Counted from the first letter of the stretch, positions 50,546-60,381 are shown. The stretch: 64,000 nucleotides of DNA from Candidatus Iainarchaeum sp. (GCA_018304465.1 JAGVWC010000009.1:32001-96000); one strand, 5' to 3'. The notes: generated from the letters alone by a model not told the origin. Numbers and translations: made by a program.

Positions 50546-51088
50546 ATGGCATGGAAAGTTATCAATTCAAAGTATGCGTTTGACAACAAATTTGTGAAAG
50601 TCAGACAAGACGAATGCCTATTGCCGAACGGGTCTTCATCCGATTTTTTTACTGTAGAAATTCGAGATTGGGCACTGGTAGTTGCGTTTACGCCTTCAAA
50701 AGAAATCGTTTTGGTAAAACAATACCGGCACTCCGCCGGTCAAGAGCTGATTGAATTACCCGCAGGAGTAATGAAAAAAGATGAAAAACCGGAAGACGCA
50801 ATAAAACGTGAATTTTTGGAAGAAACCGGCATGGGACTAAAACAGATAGAAGAACTGGGAGCCTGGTTCACCATGAGCGGAAAAAGCAATTGTAAAACTA
50901 CCGCGTTTTTTGGGATTACGATGGAGCAAAAAGGAGCACAGCAATTGGACAAAGAAGAAAATATTCACATTCTTTTCAAAAAACCAAAAGAAGTTTTGCA
51001 AATGATTGCAACCGGAGAAATCAAAACAGCCCCTTATATCGCGGGAATCTTGGCCGCAAAAGAAAAACATCCCGAATATTTCAAGTGA
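50546..51088 (+). CDS. Nudix hydrolase (ADP-ribose pyrophosphatase-like)
   Basis: KQYRH, ELPAG...AIKREFLEETG. Confidence 0.92.
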   Translation: MAWKVINSKYAFDNKFVKVRQDECLLPNGSSSDFFTVEIRDWALVVAFTPSKEIVLVKQYRHSAGQELIELPAGVMKKDEKPEDAIKREFLEETGMGLKQIEELGAWFTMSGKSNCKTTAFFGITMEQKGAQQLDKEENIHILFKKPKEVLQMIATGEIKTAPYIAGILAAKEKHPEYFK

Positions 51089-51106
51089 CCTTGAAGGTTT
51101 TGAAGA

Positions 51107-51868
51107 TTGAAGGCGATCATTTTAGCGGGTGGCCAAGGAAAACGATTCGGAATTGCTCAAAAAATACTGCCAAAATCGTTGGTTCCGATTGGAGGAACGC
51201 CAATTCTGAAAGCGGTTATTGAGGATTTTGCGCAAAATCCAGAAGTAGACGAAGTTATCATTCTTGCAGGGGGAAACCGAAGAATTCGAAATTTTGCCAA
51301 CTGGACTCGCTTCAAAAAACCCGTGGCCGTTCTAAACGTGGATAAAGGCGTTTTTGGAGACCTATTGAGTGTTCGAGACAAAATCGGAAATCAGCCTTTT
51401 ATCATAGGAAATGCTGACAATCTGGTTCTTGCCAGACTCCCAACCAAGGAACAATTTGAAAAGTCCAATGCTTGGATGGTAACCGCAGTTACCCGAATCA
51501 AAAAACCAGGAGAATTTACGGGAATTGAATTTGAAGGCGAAACCGTTACCCGTGTCGATGAAAAAACAAGAACAAGTCAAACCGACTTCGGGGTTGTTGG
51601 CAAAAAAATGCTTTCGCCAGAAGTAATGGATTTTATTGCAACCCAATCATTTCCAAGAAACTCCGGCATTGGGGCATTAACCCAACGCCTTTTCGAAACC
51701 GGAAAAAAAATAGTCCCAATTATCGTTCCACGAGAAAATATTATCCACGTTACCAACTTTTCGGATTGGTGGAAACACAGCAAACGCTATGATTCCTTAC
51801 GCGCCGCATGGATTGCCACCAAATCAAGAATTCCGAAAAGAAAGCCCAGACGACCATACAAACGGTGA
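51107..51868 (+). CDS. Nucleotidyltransferase family protein
   Basis: ILAGGQGKRF...LPKSLV, GNAD, DEK. Confidence 0.85.
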   Translation: MKAIILAGGQGKRFGIAQKILPKSLVPIGGTPILKAVIEDFAQNPEVDEVIILAGGNRRIRNFANWTRFKKPVAVLNVDKGVFGDLLSVRDKIGNQPFIIGNADNLVLARLPTKEQFEKSNAWMVTAVTRIKKPGEFTGIEFEGETVTRVDEKTRTSQTDFGVVGKKMLSPEVMDFIATQSFPRNSGIGALTQRLFETGKKIVPIIVPRENIIHVTNFSDWWKHSKRYDSLRAAWIATKSRIPKRKPRRPYKR

Positions 51869-51869
51869 A

Positions 51870-52844
51870 TCATAGGCGGGCCACTATGATTTTGGCAACA
51901 TCGTTAAAACGGGTTGCTGAATTCTCATTGTCAAACCACGCGGACAACAACAACTGGTTCCCAATCACCCGTGTTTGTTTGCCAAGCACAATAGCAGAAA
52001 ACGAAGAACCAATAAAGGCGTTTGAATCCTTTTCCGACTTCAAGAGCTGAACAAGGCCCTTCAAACTTTTCCTGCTTGCTTCCTCAAAAATACGGTTTAC
52101 CTGCCGCGGAGTGGCCTTTTTCTTCAAAACAAATCGTAGGTCCATCAAAGAAACGCCCGGATACGGGACCGTTCGATAATTCACAAAAAAATCCTTAAGA
52201 ACCGGGAAGAGTTTAGGCCCTACGTACTCCAAAGTGCAGGGCTTTAGCAAAATTTCACCAAACGGTTTTGAGATTTTATTCAGAGGTGTATTGTGAATAA
52301 CGCTTGCCGAAGCCGACAAAATTCCAAACTTGGAATGAACGATCTTGGCGACCGGAAGAAAACAATTGATGGTACAAGACCCATATGAGACAACATGGTG
52401 CTTTGAAGCAGCATATTCCTTTTCGTTAAACCCAACAATAAGCGTTTTATCTGCCGACATAGAAGTAGCTGAAATCAAAACTTTACGAATATTTTTCCGA
52501 AAATGCTGCATCGCTTGCTTTCGTTTCGTAAACTGACCAGAACACTCAAACACCAGTGAAACATCTTCAGACCACGGAATTAATCCTGGTTTTGATTCGG
52601 ATAAAAGCCCAATTTTTTTGTTACTTATCGAGAGCGTGTTCTTTCCAATCAGCCTAACCGGAAATCCGATAGGCCCAACAACGGCATCTGCTTTTAGGTT
52701 TCGAACAATTTGTGAAGGAGACGAAAACGGTTCATTAATTTGCACAATTTCATAGTTGGTCTTGCCCGAATTTTTTTCATGTATCCAAAGTCGAAGCAAA
52801 CGAAGCCCAAAACGACCAAGACCATTCAAACCAACTTTAATCAA
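51870..52844 (-). CDS. Divergent type I GAPDH-like dehydrogenase
   Basis: GLNGLGRFG, FECSGQF, GSCTINC, WFDNE; TTG start at 52844 inferred. Confidence 0.85.
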   Translation of the reverse strand: MIKVGLNGLGRFGLRLLRLWIHEKNSGKTNYEIVQINEPFSSPSQIVRNLKADAVVGPIGFPVRLIGKNTLSISNKKIGLLSESKPGLIPWSEDVSLVFECSGQFTKRKQAMQHFRKNIRKVLISATSMSADKTLIVGFNEKEYAASKHHVVSYGSCTINCFLPVAKIVHSKFGILSASASVIHNTPLNKISKPFGEILLKPCTLEYVGPKLFPVLKDFFVNYRTVPYPGVSLMDLRFVLKKKATPRQVNRIFEEASRKSLKGLVQLLKSEKDSNAFIGSSFSAIVLGKQTRVIGNQLLLSAWFDNENSATRFNDVAKIIVARL

Positions 52845-52929
52845 ACCAATCCCCAAGTTCAACAAAATTGATACGTTGATTCTATTAAAACGGTTATTTT
52901 CACCGACACTTGCCGAAGACGACATTTCG

Positions 52930-53008
52930 GACTTTTTCCCTGTTAGCCTCGGAGAGAAAAACAGAGAAAAAGTAGGAGTCCAACTCCTTTACGGGATTTT
53001 GTCTTGCC
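52930..53008 (+). repeat. att-like site 3 (both arms, attP-like)
   Basis: ACTTTTTCCCTGTT-15 nt-AACAGAGAAAAAGT inverted repeat (13/14) around the tRNA-like core. Confidence 0.85.
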
Positions 53009-53066
53009 GTTTACTGACTGTGCGGAAGTCTTTTTATTACTTTTTGTGTTGAGCAATAATTCATTT

Positions 53067-53098
53067 TATTGCTTAATATAATAAGCAATATTTATAAA
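53067..53098 (+). promoter_or_regulatory. 9-bp perfect inverted repeat plus TATA box upstream of the ATPase
   Basis: TATTGCTTA-atataa-TAAGCAATA followed by TTTATAAA, 22 nt before the ATG. Confidence 0.6.
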
Positions 53099-53120
53099 CG
53101 GTTTGGCAGATAATTAAGTC

Positions 53121-54398
53121 ATGATTTCAAAACAGGCCCTGAAAACGGTTATTTCAGACCAATGGAAGGAATTCGAATCCTTAAAGGATTCCGTTCCGCG
53201 AAGCGTTTTTTCCAAAGCCTCTTCGTATACCGGCGCTTCGGCATTTGTCGTCAAAGGCGTGAGGCGTTGCGGGAAGTCCACTTTGCTCAAACAGTTGTTA
53301 AAAGCGAAGTTTGATGGGAATTTTTTTTATTTCAATTTTGACGACGATCGGATAGCCGGTTTTATCACTGCCGATTTTCAAACTTTGATTGAAACCTTGA
53401 TTGAGGCATATGGAGAGAAAAAGACCGTTCTTTTCGACGAGATTCAGAACATTGCCGGCTGGGAACTGTTCATCAACCGGATTTTGCGCCAAGGCTACAA
53501 GGTTTTCATCACCGGTTCCAATGCGAACCTGCTAAGCAAGGAGCTTGGAACCCATCTGACGGGCCGTCATGTGGACATTGAACTGTACCCATTTTCATTT
53601 TGCGAGTTCTTGAAAGCAAACAAAATCGAAGTCCCGAGAAAAGGGTTCTATTCTACCGAACAAAAAGCCCAATTATCCAAAAAATTCAAGGAATACATTT
53701 TGAAAGGAGGAATGCCAGAACCCGTCGTACTAAAAAACGAGGAAATGTTGACCCAAGTATTCAACGATATTGTGCAAAAAGATATTGTCACCCGATACAA
53801 TCCGCGAAAACCGTCCGAACTCAAAATCGTATTAAAATTCCTGCTGGCCAATGTTTCAAATCCCATCACATATCGTTCCATCCAAAGCAACTTTAACATT
53901 AAATCCGCGAACACGATACAAAAATACACAGAATACGCGGAAGAAACATACCTAGTTTTCTCAGTCCAACGGTTTGAAAAAACACTTAAAAAGTTTGATA
54001 AAAACCCGAAAAAAATATATTGCGTCGACAACGGGTTGATCCTGAAGAATACTCCAACGATTTTGGAACGAAAAGGCGCCTTGTTGGAAAACATTGTTGC
54101 GGTTCAATTGAAACGCATTGGAAAAGAATTTTACTATTACAAAAACAAGTCCTCGCATAACGAAGCCGACTTCGTGGTACCCGATGAAAAAACCGCGATT
54201 CAGGTTTGTTACGAACTCACGGACACCAATAAAGAACGAGAACTAAAAGGATTAACCGACGCAATGAAGGAAACCAAAGCAAATACGGGGCATATTCTTA
54301 CGCTGGAGCAGGAACAGGAAATAGAATACAATGACAAGAAGATCCCTGTCAAACCCGTCTGGCAATGGTTAATCGAAACTGAACCCGATAACACGTAA
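53121..54398 (+). CDS. AAA+ ATPase (AAA_14 / DUF4143 type)
   Basis: GVRRCGKST, FDEIQ, TGSNA, KKIYCVDNG, EADF...IQV. Confidence 0.93.
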   Translation: MISKQALKTVISDQWKEFESLKDSVPRSVFSKASSYTGASAFVVKGVRRCGKSTLLKQLLKAKFDGNFFYFNFDDDRIAGFITADFQTLIETLIEAYGEKKTVLFDEIQNIAGWELFINRILRQGYKVFITGSNANLLSKELGTHLTGRHVDIELYPFSFCEFLKANKIEVPRKGFYSTEQKAQLSKKFKEYILKGGMPEPVVLKNEEMLTQVFNDIVQKDIVTRYNPRKPSELKIVLKFLLANVSNPITYRSIQSNFNIKSANTIQKYTEYAEETYLVFSVQRFEKTLKKFDKNPKKIYCVDNGLILKNTPTILERKGALLENIVAVQLKRIGKEFYYYKNKSSHNEADFVVPDEKTAIQVCYELTDTNKERELKGLTDAMKETKANTGHILTLEQEQEIEYNDKKIPVKPVWQWLIETEPDNT

Positions 54399-54421
54399 AA
54401 ACTGTGATGAGAAGAAGGAAA

Positions 54422-56257
54422 ATGAGCCATATATTTCAATTCAAGATTCAACTGGATGAAATTCAACCGCTTATTTGGCGGCGTTTTCTGGTCGGAGACG
54501 GGATAACTTTTCAACAGCTTCATGAAACCATCCAGACCGCCATGGAATGGGAGGATTCTCACATGTATGAATTCGTAATTGGCGAACATACGATTATATG
54601 CAGTGAAGAAGGGCATAATTTTGCCGAAGCGGACTTTCGAAAACTGTTCAAATCACCCGAATTTCTGAAAATGCTCGAAAAGCAGCAAATCGGAAAAGAA
54701 GGAACGATGCTCAATCTCAGAAAAGTTAACGCGCTAAAAGAAAAAATAGAAAAAAACAAGCCAAAGCAACTATTTGACCTGGAGACCCCGCTTCAGGCAC
54801 TCGTAAACAAAGAGGGGCAAGAATTCAAGTACAGCGATGACTTCGGAGACAACTGGAACCACACAGTCACCTTGGAAAAAATAATTGAGCAAAAAGACGC
54901 AAAAGAATACCCGATCTGCCTTGAAGGTGCCCGCGCAACTCCGCCTGAAGACTGTGGAGGCGTCACAGGGTATTACGAACTCGTGAAGGCAATGGCAAAC
55001 AAAAACAGCCCGCAACGGAAAGAATTGTTGGATTGGCTCGGATATGAATTCGATCCGGAAAAGTTTGGCCCGAACCAAATCAACAAGACGCTTTCCGACA
55101 AAACAACCCGCGAATTTTCGAATGAAGAATCAGCAAGAGTCCCTCTTTCTCCGCTCGTTCGGAAACTGACCCAACTTGACAACGAAGAAGGGTATAAACT
55201 CGGACAAAAAGAGGCAATGGATATGATGGCCCGCACAATCGATGAAATCGTTCAGGGCGGAGAAGCAATAACCCCTGAGCTTGGAATGCTATTGAATAGA
55301 GAAGAAACCTACAGCAGTTATTTTGCACTAAAAGCAATGCGAAAAATCGGTAGTCCGAAAGCGATACCGCCCCTGATTCAATTCCTGAAGACTTTTGAGA
55401 ACGGAGATTATTACGAATCCTACGAAGAAGCGATGTTCGCGCTTAACGACATTGGCAAGCCATCCATAACACCACTAATAAACGAAATAAGATCAAGTTT
55501 CAAAAAAAAGGAATATTACACCTATCTCGTGGGGGGCCTTACGCAGATTAAAAGCGAAGAAGCCTACGCATTCATGCTGGAAATCGTAGAAGATTACTTG
55601 AAAAACGACAAAAAATACGGGGCCTGGTTTGACATTGTTCATTTCATTTTTGATCTCGACAAACAGGAAAAAAAGGAAGCCATTCCGCTTCTTCAGCGAA
55701 TACTACTTGAAAAAGCGCTTGATCCGCGGCAAATTCGCGAAATAGCGGACACGATCAAAGAGATTGAAGATCCAAAAAAGTTTAAGGAAAGAATCGATCA
55801 AAAAATGGATGCCATCGACGGAGCTGAGAATATTCCGCTAAAAGAACTGTTAACGACCGAATGCGACGTTAAAGCGTTTCGGGAACTCGAAAAGGATTCA
55901 GAAAATTTTTACAAAACCTTCGATACGTTCTTTTTCATGATTGACGTGAGCGTTAAGCAATACCATAAAGTGAACCCCGATTTAACGGACGAAGACGTTC
56001 TTGAAGCATTGAAGCGCATAAAAGAGAATATTTGGAGAGACGAAAACGACACCGAAGTGGAAGCGGTTATAAAGAAGCAAATCAAACAGTATTTGTTATC
56101 CGCAAAACAAGAGGGGCAAATGGTAAGCACGATTGAACTGAAAACGCTGGTAGGAAAGATAATAAAACGAATCAAAAACCAATCGTTGGGGGAAGAAAGT
56201 TATTTGGAATCCATCGACTCACTTTTTGGCAAAAGCCCGGGCAACAGACCTGTTTAA
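54422..56257 (+). CDS. pRiA4b ORF-3 family protein with HEAT-like helical C-terminus
   Basis: IWRRF, AMEWEDSHMYEF, DFGDNWNH, PPEDCGG, FDPE. Confidence 0.88.
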   Translation: MSHIFQFKIQLDEIQPLIWRRFLVGDGITFQQLHETIQTAMEWEDSHMYEFVIGEHTIICSEEGHNFAEADFRKLFKSPEFLKMLEKQQIGKEGTMLNLRKVNALKEKIEKNKPKQLFDLETPLQALVNKEGQEFKYSDDFGDNWNHTVTLEKIIEQKDAKEYPICLEGARATPPEDCGGVTGYYELVKAMANKNSPQRKELLDWLGYEFDPEKFGPNQINKTLSDKTTREFSNEESARVPLSPLVRKLTQLDNEEGYKLGQKEAMDMMARTIDEIVQGGEAITPELGMLLNREETYSSYFALKAMRKIGSPKAIPPLIQFLKTFENGDYYESYEEAMFALNDIGKPSITPLINEIRSSFKKKEYYTYLVGGLTQIKSEEAYAFMLEIVEDYLKNDKKYGAWFDIVHFIFDLDKQEKKEAIPLLQRILLEKALDPRQIREIADTIKEIEDPKKFKERIDQKMDAIDGAENIPLKELLTTECDVKAFRELEKDSENFYKTFDTFFFMIDVSVKQYHKVNPDLTDEDVLEALKRIKENIWRDENDTEVEAVIKKQIKQYLLSAKQEGQMVSTIELKTLVGKIIKRIKNQSLGEESYLESIDSLFGKSPGNRPV

Positions 56258-56296
56258 AACCGTTTGCAAAAATCCAATCGCCCAAATTGGCTTGAT

Positions 56297-56900
56297 TTAA
56301 TCCAAATCCCAAAAATCGGTTCCGTTGTCTTGAAGTTGTTCAAGGCGCATCCAGATGACGACCGCTCTGCGCTTTTTTTCAGGGAGTTTGCAGATAGTAA
56401 TCGCGCCCGCGTTCATGAGACGATAGAATTCGCTGACCGTGATCGGATTTTGACCGAATTGTTTGGCGAGTTCTTCGAATTTTTCCCTGCAATCAAAAAG
56501 AATTTCGTCATGGTTAAAACATTTCCGATCACAGTTGTTCCCTGCATAAGTATTGATTGCTCTGACGATGAGCAGAACCAGAGGTTTTTTCCGGAATTTT
56601 CCAATGGACGTCAAGACCCATTTTATTTCGGCATACGAAAAATCTTGCGGCAATGTTTTTTATTTCGGTCAAGCCTTTGTTCGGGTTTTCGTTGACCGCT
56701 TTTTTGATTAATTCGATTTTGGTAGGAGAAAGAAGTTCCTCAATCCGCGTTCGCTTTTGCCCCAATAAAATTCGAATGTGGTTTTCGATGGTAGAAAATG
56801 CGAGTTTTCGCTTGTAGGCAATTTCAGGCATTGAAAACCCCGCTTTATGCAATTCCAGAGTCATTTCAAGCGAATTTATCAATGCATTCTTTTCTTTCAT
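56297..56900 (-). pseudogene. Frameshifted HTH protein (RecQ C-terminal HTH_40-like)
   Basis: EIAYKRKLAFSTIENHI...LTEIK continues in another frame as LPQDFSYAEIKWVL; shift at the A6 run 56656-56661. Confidence 0.7.
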
Positions 56901-56980
56901 TCATTAAGAAGTAGGAAGTTTTCAGTATAAATGATGATAGGATATCAGCCCACGATTTCATAGAACGCTCTGTCGGCTAC

Positions 56981-57007
56981 GACTTTTTCCCTGTTAGCCC
57001 CAGAGAG
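56981..57007 (+). repeat. att-like site 4
   Basis: 25/27 identity to 52930-52956; TTAGCCCCAGAGAG 14/14 identical to the tRNA 3' end. Confidence 0.88.
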
Positions 57008-57136
57008 GCCGAAGAACGGAAGTAATCAGCCTGTGAAATTTTTTTCTTCGCTTCATTTATATTACGACGTTGAAAAATATAAATGTGACGTTTTTGATTT
57101 GGGGCTTTCATGACCGATGTAATTTTTTTGTTCTTG

Positions 57137-57967
57137 TTATTTTTTTGGTAGCGAAGCAAATATTTCTTGTGTGAGTTCCTTGATTTCTTTTTTTGGTCTT
57201 CTGTTTCTGTGGGAATAGAGCGCTAGGAATAGAGCGTATGGCTTCCAGAATTGTTGTGTTTGTGTGAACTCGTTTGTGTTTCCGCCATTTCGCTTGTATT
57301 CGGATATGAATCTTGCTTGTTGTTGTGGAGTTAGTTTCAATTTGGTCATAGTTCGCCAAAGTTCAAAGTCGCGAAATGAAATGCCTGCATCTCCGATATC
57401 AATTGCGACGAGTTTGCCTTTGCGTGTTACGATGTTGTCGCGTGCCAAGTCGTTGTGTGACAAGACCAGCGGCAGGCGGGTGGCTGCATGGGTCAAAAAG
57501 AATGTGCGCAAGCGATTTGCCTGTGAAGCAGTTAGGAATCTTTCTTGTTCTAGTATTCGGGTTCTTTCTTTTATCCGGTTGAAAACGGTTTCTATTTTGG
57601 GAACCTGAATTTTAAGGGGAATGTGTGCAGAATGCATTTTGGCGACCATTCGAGCCATTTCTGCGATCTGGCCTCCGGTTAATCTTTTTCCTTCAAGGGT
57701 TTCTCCTGCAATATAATCTAACAGAACAAATGGTCCTTTTCTTAGCAACACTTTTTGTACGGGAACTCGGCGTTGTACCCAAGCATTTGATATTGCTTCT
57801 AATTCTTGGGCTCTGCGTGGATTTTTTTCCATGTGGTAGCGGTACTGTGGATCGGGCCTGTTGTCAATAAACACATGTCTTTCGTTAACTGAACCGCGAG
57901 TGACTTCCCGAAATTGTGGGGTAATCACAGGGCTTTTTTGAACCTGTTTTCTGCTGCTCCTTTTCAT
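57137..57967 (-). CDS. APH/choline-kinase-like phosphotransferase with basic N-terminus
   Basis: LDYIAG, LSHNDLARDNI, AIDIGDA. Confidence 0.85.
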   Translation of the reverse strand: MKRSSRKQVQKSPVITPQFREVTRGSVNERHVFIDNRPDPQYRYHMEKNPRRAQELEAISNAWVQRRVPVQKVLLRKGPFVLLDYIAGETLEGKRLTGGQIAEMARMVAKMHSAHIPLKIQVPKIETVFNRIKERTRILEQERFLTASQANRLRTFFLTHAATRLPLVLSHNDLARDNIVTRKGKLVAIDIGDAGISFRDFELWRTMTKLKLTPQQQARFISEYKRNGGNTNEFTQTQQFWKPYALFLALYSHRNRRPKKEIKELTQEIFASLPKK

Positions 57968-58036
57968 GGCAACATCAAGAACCAATCACTATTTGTATGT
58001 TTCGAATGCATTGAGATTTGTAAAATGTAACGCAGA

Positions 58037-59268
58037 TTAAATTTTTGAGTCGGTTCCAAAAATCGCGTCTTCGGCTAAGGGTATTTTTTCCAGTATTTGA
58101 ACTACATTAGACTCTCCACCGAAAGCGTGTAAACAGTTGTGACAGACGTATCTTCGTTGGGTGGTTCGAAAAACGATTTTTTGCCGTCTACGATGCGTAG
58201 AAAGACAAAAACAGCAGGGGGGAGAAACGATTCCGATGGCTTCGCGGTAGGCTTGGTTGGCGTCGTCGGAGATTAAGCCGGAGTAGATTTTGATCATTTG
58301 GCTGGATTCGTTTCCCCAGATTCGCTTGCAGGCAAGGGACTGGCTTTTCAGGTTTTTGAGTGCCCAGGTGGCAGCGGATCGGCGGAATTTGGTGAAATAG
58401 ATTTTTTGGCCTTCGTATTGGGAGTATCGGAATCCTTTGGAGGATTTTTTTTGGGCCCAGTGGCCTAGGCCGACTTTGATAGCTAGTCGTTTGAGGGTGA
58501 GGTTGAGTAGTTGGTTGCTGATTGGTTTTGGGGGTCCATTGGTGGTACAAAAGAGAAAGTCATTGGGTTGTTGGCGGGGCTTTTTTCGTACCATTCACGG
58601 ACGTAGTAGGCAAGGTCGGGGGTTAGCAAGACGTTTTCGCGGGGAAAGGTTTTGGATTCAAGGAATGAGGCGGCTACGGTTCCGTCGGAATTGAATTCGA
58701 GGTTTTTTCGGCGTAATCCTAGTAGTTCGCCGGAGCGGGGTCCGCAGCCAAAGCCAACGGCAAGAAGAGCTTTGTGTTGCGTGTTTCCAGCGTTCAATAG
58801 TTTGGAGAATGTTTCGTCGGTGATGAGGAATTCGTCGAGTTTTGCTTTTCGCTTGGGGTCGGAATAGGGATTTTGAACGGTGATGGCGTCTTTGCAATTG
58901 AGCAAAATGGTGGGATAGCGATCGGGATTGGTCCACTTGATCCAGATTTTGATGTTTTTGACCATTTCCCGCCAGGTATGCAAGGAATAAACTTTGTGTT
59001 TGTTTTCGTATCGCTCAATGAGTTTAACCAATTCGTTGGTTTCGCTTTCTTGAAACGGTTTCAAAGGCTTTTCGAATAAGGTGGAAAAGAAGTGTAATTG
59101 GCTGGCTAAGCGGCTTTTTCGGGCAATGCTTAATTGTTTCTTTTTGAATCGATAGTTTTCGAGAAAATCAAGAATCAGAGTCTTATTAGGATTAGGTAAA
59201 CGATTGATTTTGACGAGTTCGGCAGCCATTCGCCGTTCTAAACAGTGCGGATCAAATATCTGGTCCAT
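58037..59268 (-). pseudogene. Tyrosine recombinase/integrase, split by a 1-nt frameshift
   Basis: GPRSGELL and SKT in the first ORF; FRRSAAT, MIKIY and a C-terminal Cys cluster in the second; shift near 58576-58586. Confidence 0.85.
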
Positions 59269-59332
59269 ATAATTAATCCCTCTCCTTTCACATAGTTAAG
59301 AAACGAAGAGAAGACTAATTACTTTCAGTTAT

Positions 59333-59424
59333 TAGCCCCAGAGAGATTCGAACTCTCGTCACGGGAGCGCTCCTACTTAGACATAATCAGAGTCCCGGAT
59401 GCTTGGCCACTACACTATGGGGCT
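59333..59424 (-). tRNA. tRNA-Gln(CTG) with 19-nt intron at 37/38 (59368-59386)
   Basis: AGCCCCA/TGGGGCT acceptor stem, CGGGA/TCCCG anticodon stem, GAGAG-TTCGAAT-CTCTC T arm; BHB motif CTCT/GGAG with GAT and CGC bulges; CCA not encoded. Confidence 0.96.
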
Positions 59425-60381
59425 GTGGATGTGGAGGTTGATTAGTGACTTCTTGCTGAAGAATGTTTAAAAGCTTTCGTTGTTTTGTCGGGTGCCAAAA
59501 ACCGACTTTTTTTTCAAATCGTGCAAGAGACGAACGTCGTTTGATCTGAAGCGAGTAAAGCATTTTGTATTTCGGATTTTTTAATCACGTGCCGCGGAAA
59601 GGACGAATGCCTTCGGCTTCCAATAAAGGGCAGATTTGATCGAGTATTTTGCAGCTTGTACTGGCATAACGAATCGATCGGGTGCTTGGAATGCAAGATC
59701 CGTCGGAATCAAACAACCCGCGAATGCAGGCTTTGTAAGATCAGTATTTTGGGTTTGGAAGATTCGATCTGGAATAATTATTCGGTCGGCTTTTTTTCCG
59801 CCGATAAAGCCGAAATACGTGCAAAAAAACCAATGGAACACAAATGAGCTGATAGATAGACAGACACATCCACGGCGAGGGTATTTTTTCGGTTTCAATG
59901 CAAAAGTGGAAACCAACAGATAGGAATACAACTCCGCATGATCCGAAGAATCGAAAAATACTTGTATGACCCGCTTACGAAATCCCTTCTGAAAACTCCC
60001 AGAAATCGATCCGTCGCCGAGCAATAATCCGACGATGTAACATAGTTCCGGCGACAGTTTTTTGGGAAACTTCATTTTGTGTCCCGAATAGTTCGCGCTG
60101 AGATAAAATTCTTTTTCGTCGAATCGTTGTCGGTATTCGAGTCGCTTTTCCGCCGGAAGAAATTCGATCATGCGATCGAGTTGTTTGAGCGGAATTGGTT
60201 TTCCTCTCCAAGGCCATTCGCAAACCTGTTTAAATTTCAGATTTAATTTTCGGGCAGTTTCGGTTACGCCACCAAGTTCGTGGCACATTCTTTTTATTTC
60301 TTCTCGGATTCCGTGAGCGAATATTTTTTCTTCGTTGTCTTGGCAAGCAGGTTCAAAAATCGATAATGTTTCGTTTTGCAT
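59387..60381 (-). pseudogene. Two-motif LAGLIDADG endonuclease-like pseudogene
   Basis: YIVGLLLGDG; second motif CIRGLFDSDG after a frameshift near 59733; TGA at 59585-59587; then VGFWHPTKQRKL. Confidence 0.85.

Larger units (their letters stand above)
47180..59345. mobile_element. Composite genomic island integrated at the tRNA-Gln 3' end
   Basis: Integrase next to the tRNA; direct repeats of the tRNA 3' end at 47180, 50423, 52943, 56993; TA module and accessory cargo. Confidence 0.8.

Noticed and set aside
47167-57007. att-like repeats as a CRISPR array or classical integron attC sites
   Set aside because: Spacing is kilobases and no cas genes are present. There are no GTTRRRY/RYYYAAC ends, the recombinase shows no IntI-like features I could recognise, and the core matches the tRNA 3' end.
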